Of a stretch of 64,000 nt of DNA, positions 40,001 to 52,400 are shown in pieces (the first letter of the stretch is position 1; the number at the start of each line of letters is the position of its first letter). The notes beneath the pieces are model-generated. The model was not told the origin of the DNA, ran no database searches, and saw nothing but the letters and a program-made list of their open reading frames with translations. This DNA is from Geosiphon pyriformis uo1. Its lineage: Eukaryota > Fungi > Glomeromycota. Position numbers and translations under genes: made by a program. The DNA lies in NCBI GenBank assembly GCA_016748015.1, contig JAAOMT010000226.1, positions 788,604-852,603 on the forward strand, given 5' to 3'.

Positions 40001-40679
40001 ATAACTATTTTTTTAATAAAACTGGTTATTAAGACAAAATATTATTAAAATTTAATACTAAATTAAAATTATTTATTTTTGTTATTAAACTTAAATCTGT
40101 TTCTAATATTCAAATTCAGTTTATTAATATTTAAAAAATCTTAAATAGCAGCAATTTTGTTATAAATAATTATACTTAAATTTTTTTATATTGCTATATT
40201 ATTTATTTAATTTTGTTTTAAGAGAGTTATTAATAATTTATATCTAGAATAAAACTAAAAATTATTAATATAGGTATATTTAACCTTTTTATTAACTTAT
40301 AAATTTGTTTTAAAAAATTAGATAATAACTAATAACACAAATTTTCTTATCAATAAATTCAAGAAAATTCCACAAATTATATACAATTATTTCTATTAAA
40401 AGAATGTATAGTAATGTTTGATAACATCTTATTTATATTAGCCTTGGTCATATAAACAGTATTTTTTCCAATTAAAATTAACCAGTTAAAAACAAACAGA
40501 TTAGCTAAATTAGAATTGACAAATTTTACTATAGTCTTTTATTAAAGCCCAATTAATTATATCTTGATTGATTTTATCAAACTCAGATAATATAGAACAC
40601 ACAGTCTTAAAAGATATTTTCACAGAAATTTCTTTTAAAATCACATTCCAATTTGTACAAATGTTATTTTTTTTAAGAT

Positions 40680-41402
40680 TAATATTTACTATTATATTGT
40701 TTTAATAATTCCTTTAAATTTTGAGGAGATAAAAACTCTCCAAAACCATTTACTTTTAAGAATAATTTTCTGATTACTTTTAACTTATCCAAAGACAATT
40801 TGCTACTGACTGCCAAAAGATCAATATCCAAGGCATAGAATTTCCTAACTGGAACTTTGACTTTGATTTTAAGAAAGAAGAGAAAAGAAGCACTCGAGTT
40901 ATCATTATTAACAGAAAAATCAATCTTACCCAAAAGCATCACAACCATTCTCTTAATAATAACTCTAAATGTCTTGGAAGTCATACCCACATTATTAAAG
41001 TCCACATAACAGTCACTTCTAATGTAAAAGCTGGTTTCTTCCACCAAATGATTCTCTTCCATGTCCACACTATCCATCTTTGTTACACCACCAGTGTTAA
41101 TATCCCCTTGCTCACTCTCTAATGAAGCCACCCATTGAATAGAAGAAACACTCCCACCACTGAGCTTCTTAATAATACCACCTTTCCGCTTTTTCCTAGA
41201 GGTTGAAGCATTTTTACCAACACCAGAACCTGAGCTTTTTCACTCTTTTTTTCACATCCATCATGCCACTAACACTGCCAGTAGCCTCGTACTCAAACAA
41301 AAAGAGTTTGGTTTTATCGAACGAAATATTGAAATACTATAACAAATAAAAACTTCTTTATCAAAAAATCTCTCTTTGAGGAATTTGGATGGAGGGAAAG
41401 AA
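40680..41402 (-). mobile_element. 5' end and ORF1 start of a non-LTR retroelement inserted at the 3' end of TET copy 2
   Basis: KSSGSGVGKNASTSRKKRKGG...DSVDMEENHLVEETSF...PVRKFYALDIDL...VNGFG, same family as 34540-35940. Confidence 0.6.
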
Positions 41403-41424
41403 GTTTTTATTAAAATTTTTTTTT

Positions 41425-41910
41425 ATTTTACATAAAATTATGTAAATGAAAAAATGAACCATGAACAAAATAAACAATACTATACCGAATTCCTCTTGTA
41501 ATAGGAAAATTTCCATGAAGCAGAAGAAGTGGTACCACAATTTTAAGTTGGGTAAACATAATTCACCTCCTTCATAATCCCCTAATGCGCAATCATTGGA
41601 AAACGCCAAATGGCTTTGGTCCAAATGCTCCCATGATAGCTGTTCTAATTTCTTATATAATTCTCTTGCGCAAACTGATTGATAGAAGTTGATAATGGAC
41701 CAAAGATTGCGAAGCAAAGTATCAACACATTGTTGATGCTCAATATTATAATAATGAGTTGCAGCACTTTGATTATTTAGTTGTTCATTTCGTGATTTCT
41801 CGTGGTTTCTTTCTTTTTTTTCGATGTATTCCTTATAATAAAATAAAAAAAACGTTGATAATCAAAATATCTAGTTAAAATATATTGGTTGGTAATTCCA
41901 GCTCCGTAAC
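41425..41910 (-). pseudogene. TET/JBP-like 2OG-Fe(II) dioxygenase pseudogene copy 2
   Basis: HQQCVDTLLRNLW...ELYKKLEQLSW.../PKPFGVF.../ALGDYEGGELCLPNL.../LLLHGNFPITRGIRYSIVYFVHGSFF. The distal His and RxSxV are intact and the HxD segment is deleted. Confidence 0.78.
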
Positions 41911-42557
41911 ATACTATTTGCGTATTTAAATCATTTTGAAAAGATTTGCCTATTAATAAAAATACTGTGATGGATAACGATGCCCGGGGAATTTTTCCCT
42001 ATGCATTGCTTTGATCCTCTCTGGAGATCATGCAAGAAACAATAGCAATCCACATCATTGTTTATTATTGATATATTACAATCCCATCCATCCGTGATAT
42101 TTAAATAGCAAATTAGATATTATATTGGCTTTTAACCCAATATATTTCTTTTACATTTGAAAAAATCAGCATCGCTAAAATTCCCAATATATATTTTACA
42201 AACATAAAGGAAAATGAGCACATCAGTTTTTCGAAAACACTCAGGTTGATATATAAATCTAGAATGCTTAAAAATCGGCTGATGAAATTGAATTAGAGTT
42301 GGTTCTCAGTTATGCTATTTGGTTTCAAGGATTCCATTTCAATGGATTCCATAAAAGATATAATAAAATAATACATGCATTACTATACAATATTCAAATA
42401 CACCAGACAGCTACTTACAAAAATGTAAATGATCACCATTCAGATGATAACTATACACATGGCAATGCCGCCCCAAATTTAATAAAGGGCAAAAAAGAGA
42501 TAACAATTAGTTAATGATATACCTCGTGAGAAAGATATCCACAAAACCTTGCAAGTC

Positions 42558-44924
42558 TTATAAGCTCATCGATCGTAGCCTCAAACTTCCTTCGTCTCGA
42601 ACACCAGTTCTTCCTTTAACTCGCTCAGCCATCCCACCCTTATGTTTTTCTAATGGCAGACCTCGGTAAGTATACCCAACAAACGCAAGAGCTTTCCTCA
42701 TATTCAGGATTTCATGACCATATTTTCGATCTCTGAGCATCGGGTCTTTGGGTCTTCGTTCGCCTTCACCTTCCGGAGGGGCCAAAGGATTTTCATCAGT
42801 GATTTCTTCAAAATATCTAGTATCCGCATCACTTTTCAGTTTTGGTCTAAAAGGGGGCGTAGTCTTATGCAGGGCATCCCAATCTACTCCTTTGAACCAT
42901 GGATGCGCTCTAATTTCTGATGCATCACCCAGTCCAATAATCATGGATTTTCTATTTGCTGCATAAAGGTTATTTGGTCGAGCCTTTGATGGTGGATCAG
43001 AACCGATACGATCTTCTGGCTCGCAAATTAATCGTTGAATTAGATCTTGGGCTTCAGGCGAAACACGAGGCCTTGTTGGAAAACGAAGTGTTTGACGCCA
43101 ATTTATTATTTTTATACGAGTGGTATGTCGTGTTTTTGAGCAGAAGGGAGGGAATCCGTAAAGCATTTCAAAAAGAATCACCTACAAATAATATAAACAT
43201 TTTAAATTATTTGAGATTGGAAAATTGAGTGCGATGTAAATGATAATGCTGAGCTTATTACCCCTAGACTCCACCTGGGAAGCAGCGGATGAAAAAGTTA
43301 GAAGACAATGAAAATGAAAAAACAAAAATTACAAGATTATAGTTTTGATTTCTCACCAATCACACCCACGATTATATCCAGTTCCTCGCAAAATTTCGGG
43401 GGCCATGTAATTATTTGTCCCGACGACAGAAAATGCCAACTTTTTTCGATTCTTGTCTCGCCAAGTCAGAATTCGATTATTTGGCATTCGATTTTCTTCT
43501 TCCGAATTTTCTCCATCCGACCAAGGTTCAGCCCATCTGCCAGATTGAAATTTCTTTGCCATTACGCGAGAAAGCGTGTCTGTTTCAATGTCAATTCCGG
43601 TCTTCCGTAGCAAATCTTTACGTTGCTTCTCGAAATATGCAGAATCGTGAGCCCAATGAAAATCGGTGGCTAGACCAAAGTCTGATAATCGTATATGGCC
43701 TTCGGAATCGAATAAGAAGTTGTCAGGCTATTTTAAAATTGCAAAATGATTATATATAAGGTAAGGGAAAATAGAGAGGATTGTGTGCGTATTCAAACTC
43801 ACTTTAATATCGCGATGGATATAACCAAATTTATGAGCTTCCTCGATAGCGAGTACCATTTCGGCGATATAAAATTTTGCAAAATCTAATTCGAAAATAT
43901 CTTTCTCAATTAGCAGATTCAAAAGGTCACCTCCGGGCATATATTCCATGACAAGATACAAATGGTCAGCATCTTGAAATGAATAAATCAACCTCACGAT
44001 CCACTGAGCACTTTCTGCAGCCTTTGTTAATAGATCCCTTTCAGCGCGCACGTGTCCTTCTTGTCCTTTCTTCAACATATCCCCCTTTCTCATCACCTTC
44101 ATAGCATACAAGGTTCCGGTACTCTTTTCCCTCACAAGTTTCACAACACCAAAAGCACCATGCCCAATAGTTTTGATAATATGAAACGAGTTGACGGTAA
44201 TTTTTGTTCTTATAAGTCTCATATAATCTGACTCGATGTTCAACCATTCTTGTCGAATTTCGCGTTTATCTTCTTCTGGTATACCCATAATCTCAAGTTC
44301 TGTTTCAAGTTGTAGGCGACGTTTGGAACGCCCTGAGGGTTCTTTGAGAATTCCATAAAAATAATTTTCGAAATATATTTTGGTTGAGGCTGATTTTTCT
44401 ACTGTTGCGAGCGATGGAACAATATTGGGACCATCCAAATCATCGCCCAAGCCATATCTAGTAATATCCTTGATTACCACAGTCCCAGAAGCCGACGTTC
44501 GTGTATGAATTATCGGATCATGTAGCGATCGCGAAACAGTCTTGCTCCGAATCGACGGATCTTTTGAGCGGAAAAAATGTGAATATATTTATCACCACGG
44601 CCAAATATATAAAATTTTGTGTATTAATTTGAATATTTACCAGGTAGCTTATTCATCTTATGGTTTTTATTCAAATTCATCAATATTTCTTGAGCCTCTT
44701 CATAACTTTGTGTATGAACTAAATGCCTATTCAGAATATGATAAACAAATTAAAAATGAAACCTTCGCCACTAAAAATGAAGACTTTTGTTTGTGAAAAT
44801 TTGCTTACTGAAACTCCCGAGGCTCCGAGATTGTTTCCTTATTCACGTTAAATCGCTTCTTCATAAAGGTGCCAAACTGTACAGGCACTTTAAAAAACGC
44901 CAGGATGAATAACTTCGTAGGCAT
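42558..44924 (-). CDS. NDR/LATS-family (AGC) Ser/Thr protein kinase with N-terminal CRIB-like motif
   Basis: MOB-binding region (R..RRLQLE...ESDYMRLIRTK), GHGAFGVV, YAMK, HRDIKPDN, DFGLATD, a long activation-loop insert, VGTNNYMAPE and hydrophobic motif AFVGYTY. 5' exons 44924-44809 and 44726-44641, then 44560 onward, splice in frame. The start could instead be ATG 44864. Confidence 0.93.
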
Positions 44925-46407
44925 GATTATTTCCCAATTTTTTGTTTACTACAGAAAAGAGTCCTTTAAATAATAACCTTCCAATTTTATCGCAACATAA
45001 TCAAGTATTTCATAAAATCTCGGCGAAGTGATTGAATTTCGTCTATTATTCTGAGCACGGGTAGGTGATTTAGCTCGTGCAGTCTTTCGCTTAAACATAT
45101 CTTTTTAAAAAGAGCCTGATTCAAAATAATTTGACAAAGGGATGATTTTTATAATAGAAAGCGGCGTCCAGAAAAAAGATAGCAAGAGAAAAGGAGATCA
45201 CTGTAAACTTGTGGTAGAACTTTTTTGATGAAAGGAAGCTTCGTAAACATGTTCACATTAAGCTAAATTTAGGAAGCAATTTGAATTATTTTGAACTCCT
45301 GGATCTTTTTCCACTTTTGGAATTGGTAATACATTTCCTTTTAGATACTCCTGCAGTAACCAAGTACATAGTGGAGTTATCCCTTTTTCAATGACGACGT
45401 GAATTTTGTAATGCTTTTTGGTGGTTATTGAAAATGATCGATAAGGATATCCTAATATAGTGGAAATCTCCTTTTGGGAAAAAGGGGTTTGGGCCTAAAG
45501 GCTAATTCACAGCACGGGGAGATAAATTGAAATTTCCATAATAAAAAACTGAAAAGGGAGTTGCTACACTTTTAATTTTAGGGTTACACAAGGAAGAAAA
45601 ATCTCACGGAAATGTTGCACACTATGCTAGATAGGTCACTAAGATTTTCTGAGAGCTGCAGCGCGAACTGACTTGCAAAAAATAATGTTTATTTAATAAC
45701 TTCTATTCGACATTTTTCCATGTTTAAATATGCAATAATTGCGAGGTTTAAATTTTGGTAGACTTGAAATTAGGCTTAGCTTAGTTGATTCAAGTAGGTC
45801 ATAGTTTGAAGGAATAATTCTTCCCTAATGCTTGGTTGATTGGCTATTGAGGCGAGAATGGTTTTGGATAAATTAGAGAATTGGGCTTTAAATTTAAATG
45901 AATAAGTGATTCGAGGCCCCGGTTTAGATTTGCAATGATTGAAGGATTTGAACGTCCTGCCTTATAGGAAAGACTGAATTTAAATTTGAACTTGAAACAA
46001 ATACAATTGAGAGTAGATCGTTCTTGCATTTATTCTTATAGTTTAATTCAGTTGACTTTATTTGTGAAGCTATAATCAAATACTGCTCAATTGGCGAAGC
46101 AACAGAGAATTTGATTTTGAAAATCTTGCTACATATATCGTTCAATATTTTCTTTTAGTTAAAACAAAAAGTTAAATATCCTTTGCGTTATACTTTGAAA
46201 ATTCCTTTTGCGATTCATAAATATTAATTATTTCAAATTTTAAAATTTAACAATGAAATACATCATTCTAAAAATTCTTAAATACCTCTTTTTAAAATTT
46301 TAATTGTCGAGGCTATTAGCTGTACAATTGGGCCCTTATAAGTTTAAAACATATATTCAATAAAGTTTAATATTTACAAAATAATTCCCTAATCCAAATG
46401 TAATATT

Positions 46408-47499
46408 TTATATTCGAAATAACATGTCCATCGCATCCTCTGCTTCTGCTTCATCATTTTCGATCGCAGACTTATACAATTTAATGGCCTCATGCACATC
46501 TTTATTTGTTCCAAATCCAAAGCTGTAGCATAATGCCAAACTACATTGTGCCTCACTATCACCACCTAGTGCTGCTTTTTTGTACCAGTATAGCGCTTTT
46601 CCACAATCTATTTCGTATGTCCTTCCGTAGCGATGACAATGTCCAAGTTCTCGTTGTGCCATTAAATAGCCTTTTTCTGCGGACCGTTCAAACAATTTAA
46701 AACCTTGTTCTTCATCAATCTCGGTACCAATTCCTTCAAAATATGCTTCAGCGAGATGAAATTGTCCTATTTCATCATTATTCTCAGCCGACAATTTCAA
46801 CCAATATAATGATGCCGTCTCGTCGATTTTGGTACCTTGCCCGTATCGAAAATTTATCCCGAGCATTAATTGTGCTTGCGAGTTTCCTTGTTGTGCACAC
46901 TTGAGGTAATATTCGTGAGCTTTAACTTGATCCGCTGGTTGAGATCCAAATCCATCTCGATACCGTTCCGCCACATTTAATTGACCATCAACATCACCCG
47001 ATTCTGCAGCTTTTTTGTACCATGAAAATGCTATATCAAGATCTTTTCCAACTTCGATACCGTTTTCATAACAATGTGCGATAATATTTTGTGAGTCAGG
47101 GCACCCAGATTCAGCACCCTTAAGGTAACATGCAAATGCCCAACTATTTGAACATCTATTTCCGACCAAAAGACCGGTTTGATAACAATGACCAAGTAGG
47201 ACGCAGTATTCTCGTGGATTAGTATAAGCCTCGATGTAGAGTATTTTGAAAAGTAATTGAGGATGAAGTTGATTTTCAATGAAAAATTGGTTAAGATTGT
47301 TTTTTGATTTAAAGCGTCGAACAAATTCTCGTAACAATTCTTTCGCTTTTTCTGTGTTTCGATAAGAAATCATTTTGGGTGACGAAGGCTCAGGAAAGAA
47401 ACCTTTAATCGAAGTGGTAGATGAAAGCTTTTCAGAAAAAATATTCTGAATGCACACGTTTGCAGACATCAAGGGTTGTCGGATTGCAGTTGCATTCAT
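46408..47499 (-). CDS. Sel1-like repeat protein
   Basis: About seven Sel1 repeats (e.g. AHCYENGIEVGKDLDIAFSWYKKAAESG, AQCSLALCYSFGFGTNKD). Intronless, ATG at 47499. Confidence 0.93.
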   Translation of the reverse strand: MNATAIRQPLMSANVCIQNIFSEKLSSTTSIKGFFPEPSSPKMISYRNTEKAKELLREFVRRFKSKNNLNQFFIENQLHPQLLFKILYIEAYTNPREYCVLLGHCYQTGLLVGNRCSNSWAFACYLKGAESGCPDSQNIIAHCYENGIEVGKDLDIAFSWYKKAAESGDVDGQLNVAERYRDGFGSQPADQVKAHEYYLKCAQQGNSQAQLMLGINFRYGQGTKIDETASLYWLKLSAENNDEIGQFHLAEAYFEGIGTEIDEEQGFKLFERSAEKGYLMAQRELGHCHRYGRTYEIDCGKALYWYKKAALGGDSEAQCSLALCYSFGFGTNKDVHEAIKLYKSAIENDEAEAEDAMDMLFRI

Positions 47500-49448
47500 T
47501 TTCAAGATTTTAACAGTTTGTGATTGACAAAAGTCTCTTTGAAAAACAGTCAATTCAATTGCTTGAATTTAGTCTTGATGACAGCTGGTTATCAAAACTG
47601 GGTTTGGTCTTTAAATAAAGATTTCGCGTCCAAATTTTCATTCTTACCATACCATTCATTATGAAATCTCAAACAATGAAAATCCAATTACCATATTCGC
47701 ATCTCAGTAGTAAATTCTTTAGCAAACTCGACGCCTCTATTGTCGCGAAAACGATTAGACATTGACATCCGAAAATGATCATGAGTATCCCATACTTAGT
47801 ATAATTTGACAATAGTATCACCATCTCAAGGAGTCATGCATATTTGACCGTTTGTGCGACTGTGACAGTTTGACAGACAACGGCCTCGACAGTCGTTGTT
47901 TTCAAAGCAGCCGATGTACGTTGTGTTCCAAACAGTTAAATTTGGAAATTTTCAACGATTGTTGGTGATCTATTAAAAAATTTACTTGGCTCCTTGTGTT
48001 CGGAAAGGTGCGAAGATCCCAAGATCCTCCTTTCTGTTTGGCTCTATTTACTTAATACCGTTTATTTAATCACGTTTCGCGTTTTTGAAATTGATCAACT
48101 GAATTCGCTTCTCTCTCTCTTAAAACCATTGACCAGTGAGCAGTTCTTAGAGCGAGCCAAGCTTTAAATTTGAAGGCAACAAATGAAACCTTTATATTCC
48201 TGGATGTAAATCAAGAACTTGGGTCTTCATATTCAAATCTGGTAAAGAATATTCATAACAGTGGAAAATACTTCTTTGGTAATTGACAATTCGTAAAAAA
48301 ATAATTGCTGAATATGATCTAGACTAGGAATTTATTGATCCTATATGATTGTTCCCAGACCAAAAATTTCAGTATTATGCAGAACTTTTTTGCAATCGTC
48401 ATATTTAACTCTTAGACGTACTAACACTTTTCATACCTGAGATAAAATTTATTATTTGTTTGAGAAATGATAAAGATTAAAAATATATATGGAATATTAT
48501 AAACGAGACTTTTTTTCAATTTTAGACTGAGCTAAAGATGTGTTTGGATATTTTAATCGCACTGAATTTCTCTCAAAAAATTGTGACTTCCATGGTATTT
48601 TTAAAACAACATTTTCGCCTGAATTTAAAATCAAAATTTTATTGTAAAAATTATTTGTCTGACTAAGCGAAATGCATAAAGGATTAGGCAACAATCTAAT
48701 AATGCATATTAGCACTGATAAGAATTGGATTTCTCAAGTCGAAATATGACAGGATTAAGTTTTTAATTATGAGGTTAGCCTAGTTTCTTAACATTGGTTT
48801 ATCAAGCCTCGATTCCAAGATTGTTTACGATTGTCACATACATCGAATCATTCATTTAACCTATGAATATCCCTATAATAGCCTACGAGTAGTATTGATT
48901 AGACTTTTCCAATTGCGGAATGAATCATTTTAATTTCGTATTCCCAACTAAAAATCTTTGATTTTATTTTTTTCTGAATGGTTTTTAACGGTCCCATTGA
49001 AATTTCATTTAAATTTAGCATTCAAATCAATTTCTAGGAAAATTGACGTCAAATCCCAGCTTTAATCCAGAATTTACTAACCTTTTTAAGAATATGTGAG
49101 AAGATAACCGATTCGAATTAAAAATATGACCTGCTCTTTTCGTCAGTTTTGATCTTCCTTTCCTGAAACTAGTTATTAACCAAACATAGTTGGTCGAAAA
49201 TAGATATTCTAGTAACATGCAGAAAACGGTTAAACCACATATGGGAGCAACTGGGAACTCCATAATAGATGACGATCGTTGGGAAAAGTTTTTTTTTGCT
49301 AGTTTCATAATTATTTGGAGGTTTTAAGTTACACGCCTTTTATCAGCGAAATTTATAAATACCACACATAATCTAGTCTTTAGGATTTACTATTAGCTGA
49401 TTACACTTTTGCTTGTGTTTCTTTCGACTTATTTTTTTTTGTTATCGA

Positions 49449-52400
49449 ATGTCCAAAGATTTTAACCTTGAACTTGCGTCTATACTTGATGGCAAGGCAT
49501 CAATCGAACACCAAATTGACATCCACGGTAAGACTGAAATAAATGCAATTTTGAATTGATTTTCTTTTAATATAAAGAAAATATCTTACTTGTTATCATT
49601 TTCTCGGTTTAAAAATACTAGTCAATGATCTTTTTGGGGTGAAGCAAAACGACCAACTTTCATTAGCTGATGTATTAGCCGGCCTGCGATATGTCATGAA
49701 CTATCGTTTAAAGGGGGGGCGGCTGCCAAATTTGGATCCAGAACTTATGAAACGTTTATGTGAAGGTTTATTACTTCATATGAGTGACACTGAGGGAAGA
49801 ATTCTAAGAATAAAATTGACTCCTGAGGCTGAAGAGGCTTTTATACTCTTCGGAGAATTTCTTGAAGAAAGTAAGGGGCAACCATTTTGGAACTATAGAA
49901 ATTTTTATAAAGATTAATCCCTCTTGCTAAACTTGTAATTTGAATTTGAAAAGTTGAAGAGTTTCGGCAGGCAGTCGGCCAAAAAAACGTATCCGATCTT
50001 GCAAACGCGTTGAAACTTCATCGTCGCTGCCGTAATGATGCAGAGCCAGAAGTTAAACAGGCTGCTACAGCTATTATTTTCATGTTGACCGAATGGTTTT
50101 CCCAATTTTCCGATTGGCGTGAACTGGTCAAACAGCAAGAGCAAAATGATGTAGAGAAAGTACTGAAAGAATTGACAGCTTCGTTTAAAAAGGTGAAAAT
50201 GCCCCGACACACCACAATTCCTCTTCCACCTCCTTGTAAGTCTTTAGCATGTTCAGGAAGAATTGTTCACATTTCTTTGTTTATAATTTGATTCCCACGC
50301 ATTACATTTATAAATTTAGCTTTGTATTTCGATCGAGATGTTACTCGTTGTGTCAAAATGTTTCGCACATCGCTCACTGATGGTCTATCCTCTGCCTCAA
50401 TCCCATCACTTCTCGAGCATTATGGTTTTAATAAACTTCCTGAGCCGCCAAAACCTTCAATCCTCAAGATGTTACTGCACCAACTGACTGATTTCATGGT
50501 CATAATCTTGCTAATAGCAACAATTGTCACCGGAGCTGAAAAGGATTTCAAAGGAATGGCTGTGCTTTTAGTTGTTATTGCCTTGAATACCGTTATCGGG
50601 TTCACGCAAGAATTCAAAGCAAATAAAGCTTTGGAGGCGCTTACGAAATTAAACGTACCACAGGTAATATTGTGTCTCTCTATTTATCATAAAGAGAACG
50701 TTCTGAAATATTCAAAAGTGTTTATCCTAACTTAAAGGCAAAAGTACTCCGTGACGAACAAAAGGCTGTAATTGATTCATCTCAATTGGTTCCCGGTGAT
50801 ATTATTATCCTCGAGGAGGGTGATGTCATTCCCGCTGATGTTCGAATTGTTGAATGCTCCCAATTTGGTGTAATAGAATCTATATTGACAGGAGAAAGTT
50901 TACCAGTATCAAAAAATGTGAAAAAGATCTGGACAAGAGTAAGATTTTGAAATTTCGAATTTTTTTTTCAAGATTTCATTGATTTACACTTATATCCAAT
51001 TCCTTTTTGAATTGATGACTCAGACAAGAAGCCTCCCAATAGGCGATTGTAAGGGTAATGCTTTCATGTCTACAATGGTTGCCAAAGGGCGCGCAAAAGG
51101 CTTAGTAGTACGAACTGGAAATAACACCGAGGTCTTTTTTTGAGTTCGAAATTTATTTGATTTGTGGTGCAAAATTTCACATTTTCTTAATTATTCTATA
51201 AAATAGATTGGTAAAATTAGTGCCGCTATTACATCTTCATCAAATATGAAAACTGCAATACAGCAAAAATTAACGAGACTTGGATTGTGGCTTGTAGTAT
51301 TAGCTATTTTTCTATGTATCCTTATTGCTGTGATCGGAATAATATACAAGAGAAATCCAAAAGATATGATATCAATTGGCTTGAGGTAAATTCTCCAAAG
51401 ATGATTTCATTATTTGTATGCGCATCCAAAGATGAACAGTAATCAAGGAATCTTTGCAACGTCCTCCAAAGCTTAGCTGTATCCGTTATCCCAGAAGGTC
51501 TGGTTGCTGTGACGACAGTTACTATGGCTATTGGAGTACGTCGTATGGCTCTTCGTAATGCTATTGTTCGTACATTACCAGCGGTTGAAACCCTGGGTAG
51601 CGTGACCGTGATTTGTTCCGACAAAACCGGTACGCTTACCGAAGGAAAAATGGGCCCTAGCGAACTTTGGACAGCCGATGATTCACTCTACTCCTTTACT
51701 AAACCAACTTCCCTGGATCCTAAAGAGGGCAACGTTGAACTTCATTCATTGGAATATCGAGAAAGACGGCTTAGATTAGGAAGGATTTCTTCAAATCCTA
51801 AAATTCCGACTACTCTCTCGACTCAAAACACCGATATGGGAGATCCTGGTATTCAGGCCATCTCACAAAGATTTGAAGATGCACCCGCACAAATGGTTGC
51901 AGCCTTAATGGTCTCATGCTTGTGCAATAATGCATCTATAGTAAAAGACGAGAAAGGCGAGGAGGGTTTTTGGAAAGGGATTGGTGATCCTACCGAGGTT
52001 AGTTTTTTATCACGAATTTCAATCGAATCAAAGATACATATTTATTAAGCAATAACTCTGATGTTATACTTTACAGGTTGCTCTGATGCTCGCTGCTCAA
52101 AAAGGCGGGTTTGCCAGGGAATTTTGGGAGAAAGAAAAAGGATTCATTAAAATTCAAGAAAAACCCTTCGACAGTGAACGAAAACTTATGAGTGTTGTTT
52201 ATAAATATAGGGATAATAATTTTATCCAGAATCAAAAATATACCAACTCTTATCTCGTAATGGCAAAAGGGGCACCTGAGGAACTTCTGGAAAAGTGCAC
52301 TGGTCGTTTACCGCTTGCTACTGAGTTAACAAAAATGTCTAATCCTTTTGAGCAGATTATCAGCCAGCAAGATAGCTTGCGACAATATCCATTAACAGAC

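Larger units (their letters stand above)
33430..40680. mobile_element. Nested, heavily A/T-eroded retroelement block
   Basis: About 7 kb of near-pure A/T containing a plus-strand LINE-ORF1-like relic and the decayed continuation of the minus-strand element that starts ~41400. No intact ORFs. Confidence 0.65.

Noticed and set aside
1-41910. KDZ or other transposase, or TIRs, mobilising the TET-DNMT unit
   Set aside because: No recognisable transposase motifs or terminal repeats bound the unit in this window, so mobility is not demonstrated.
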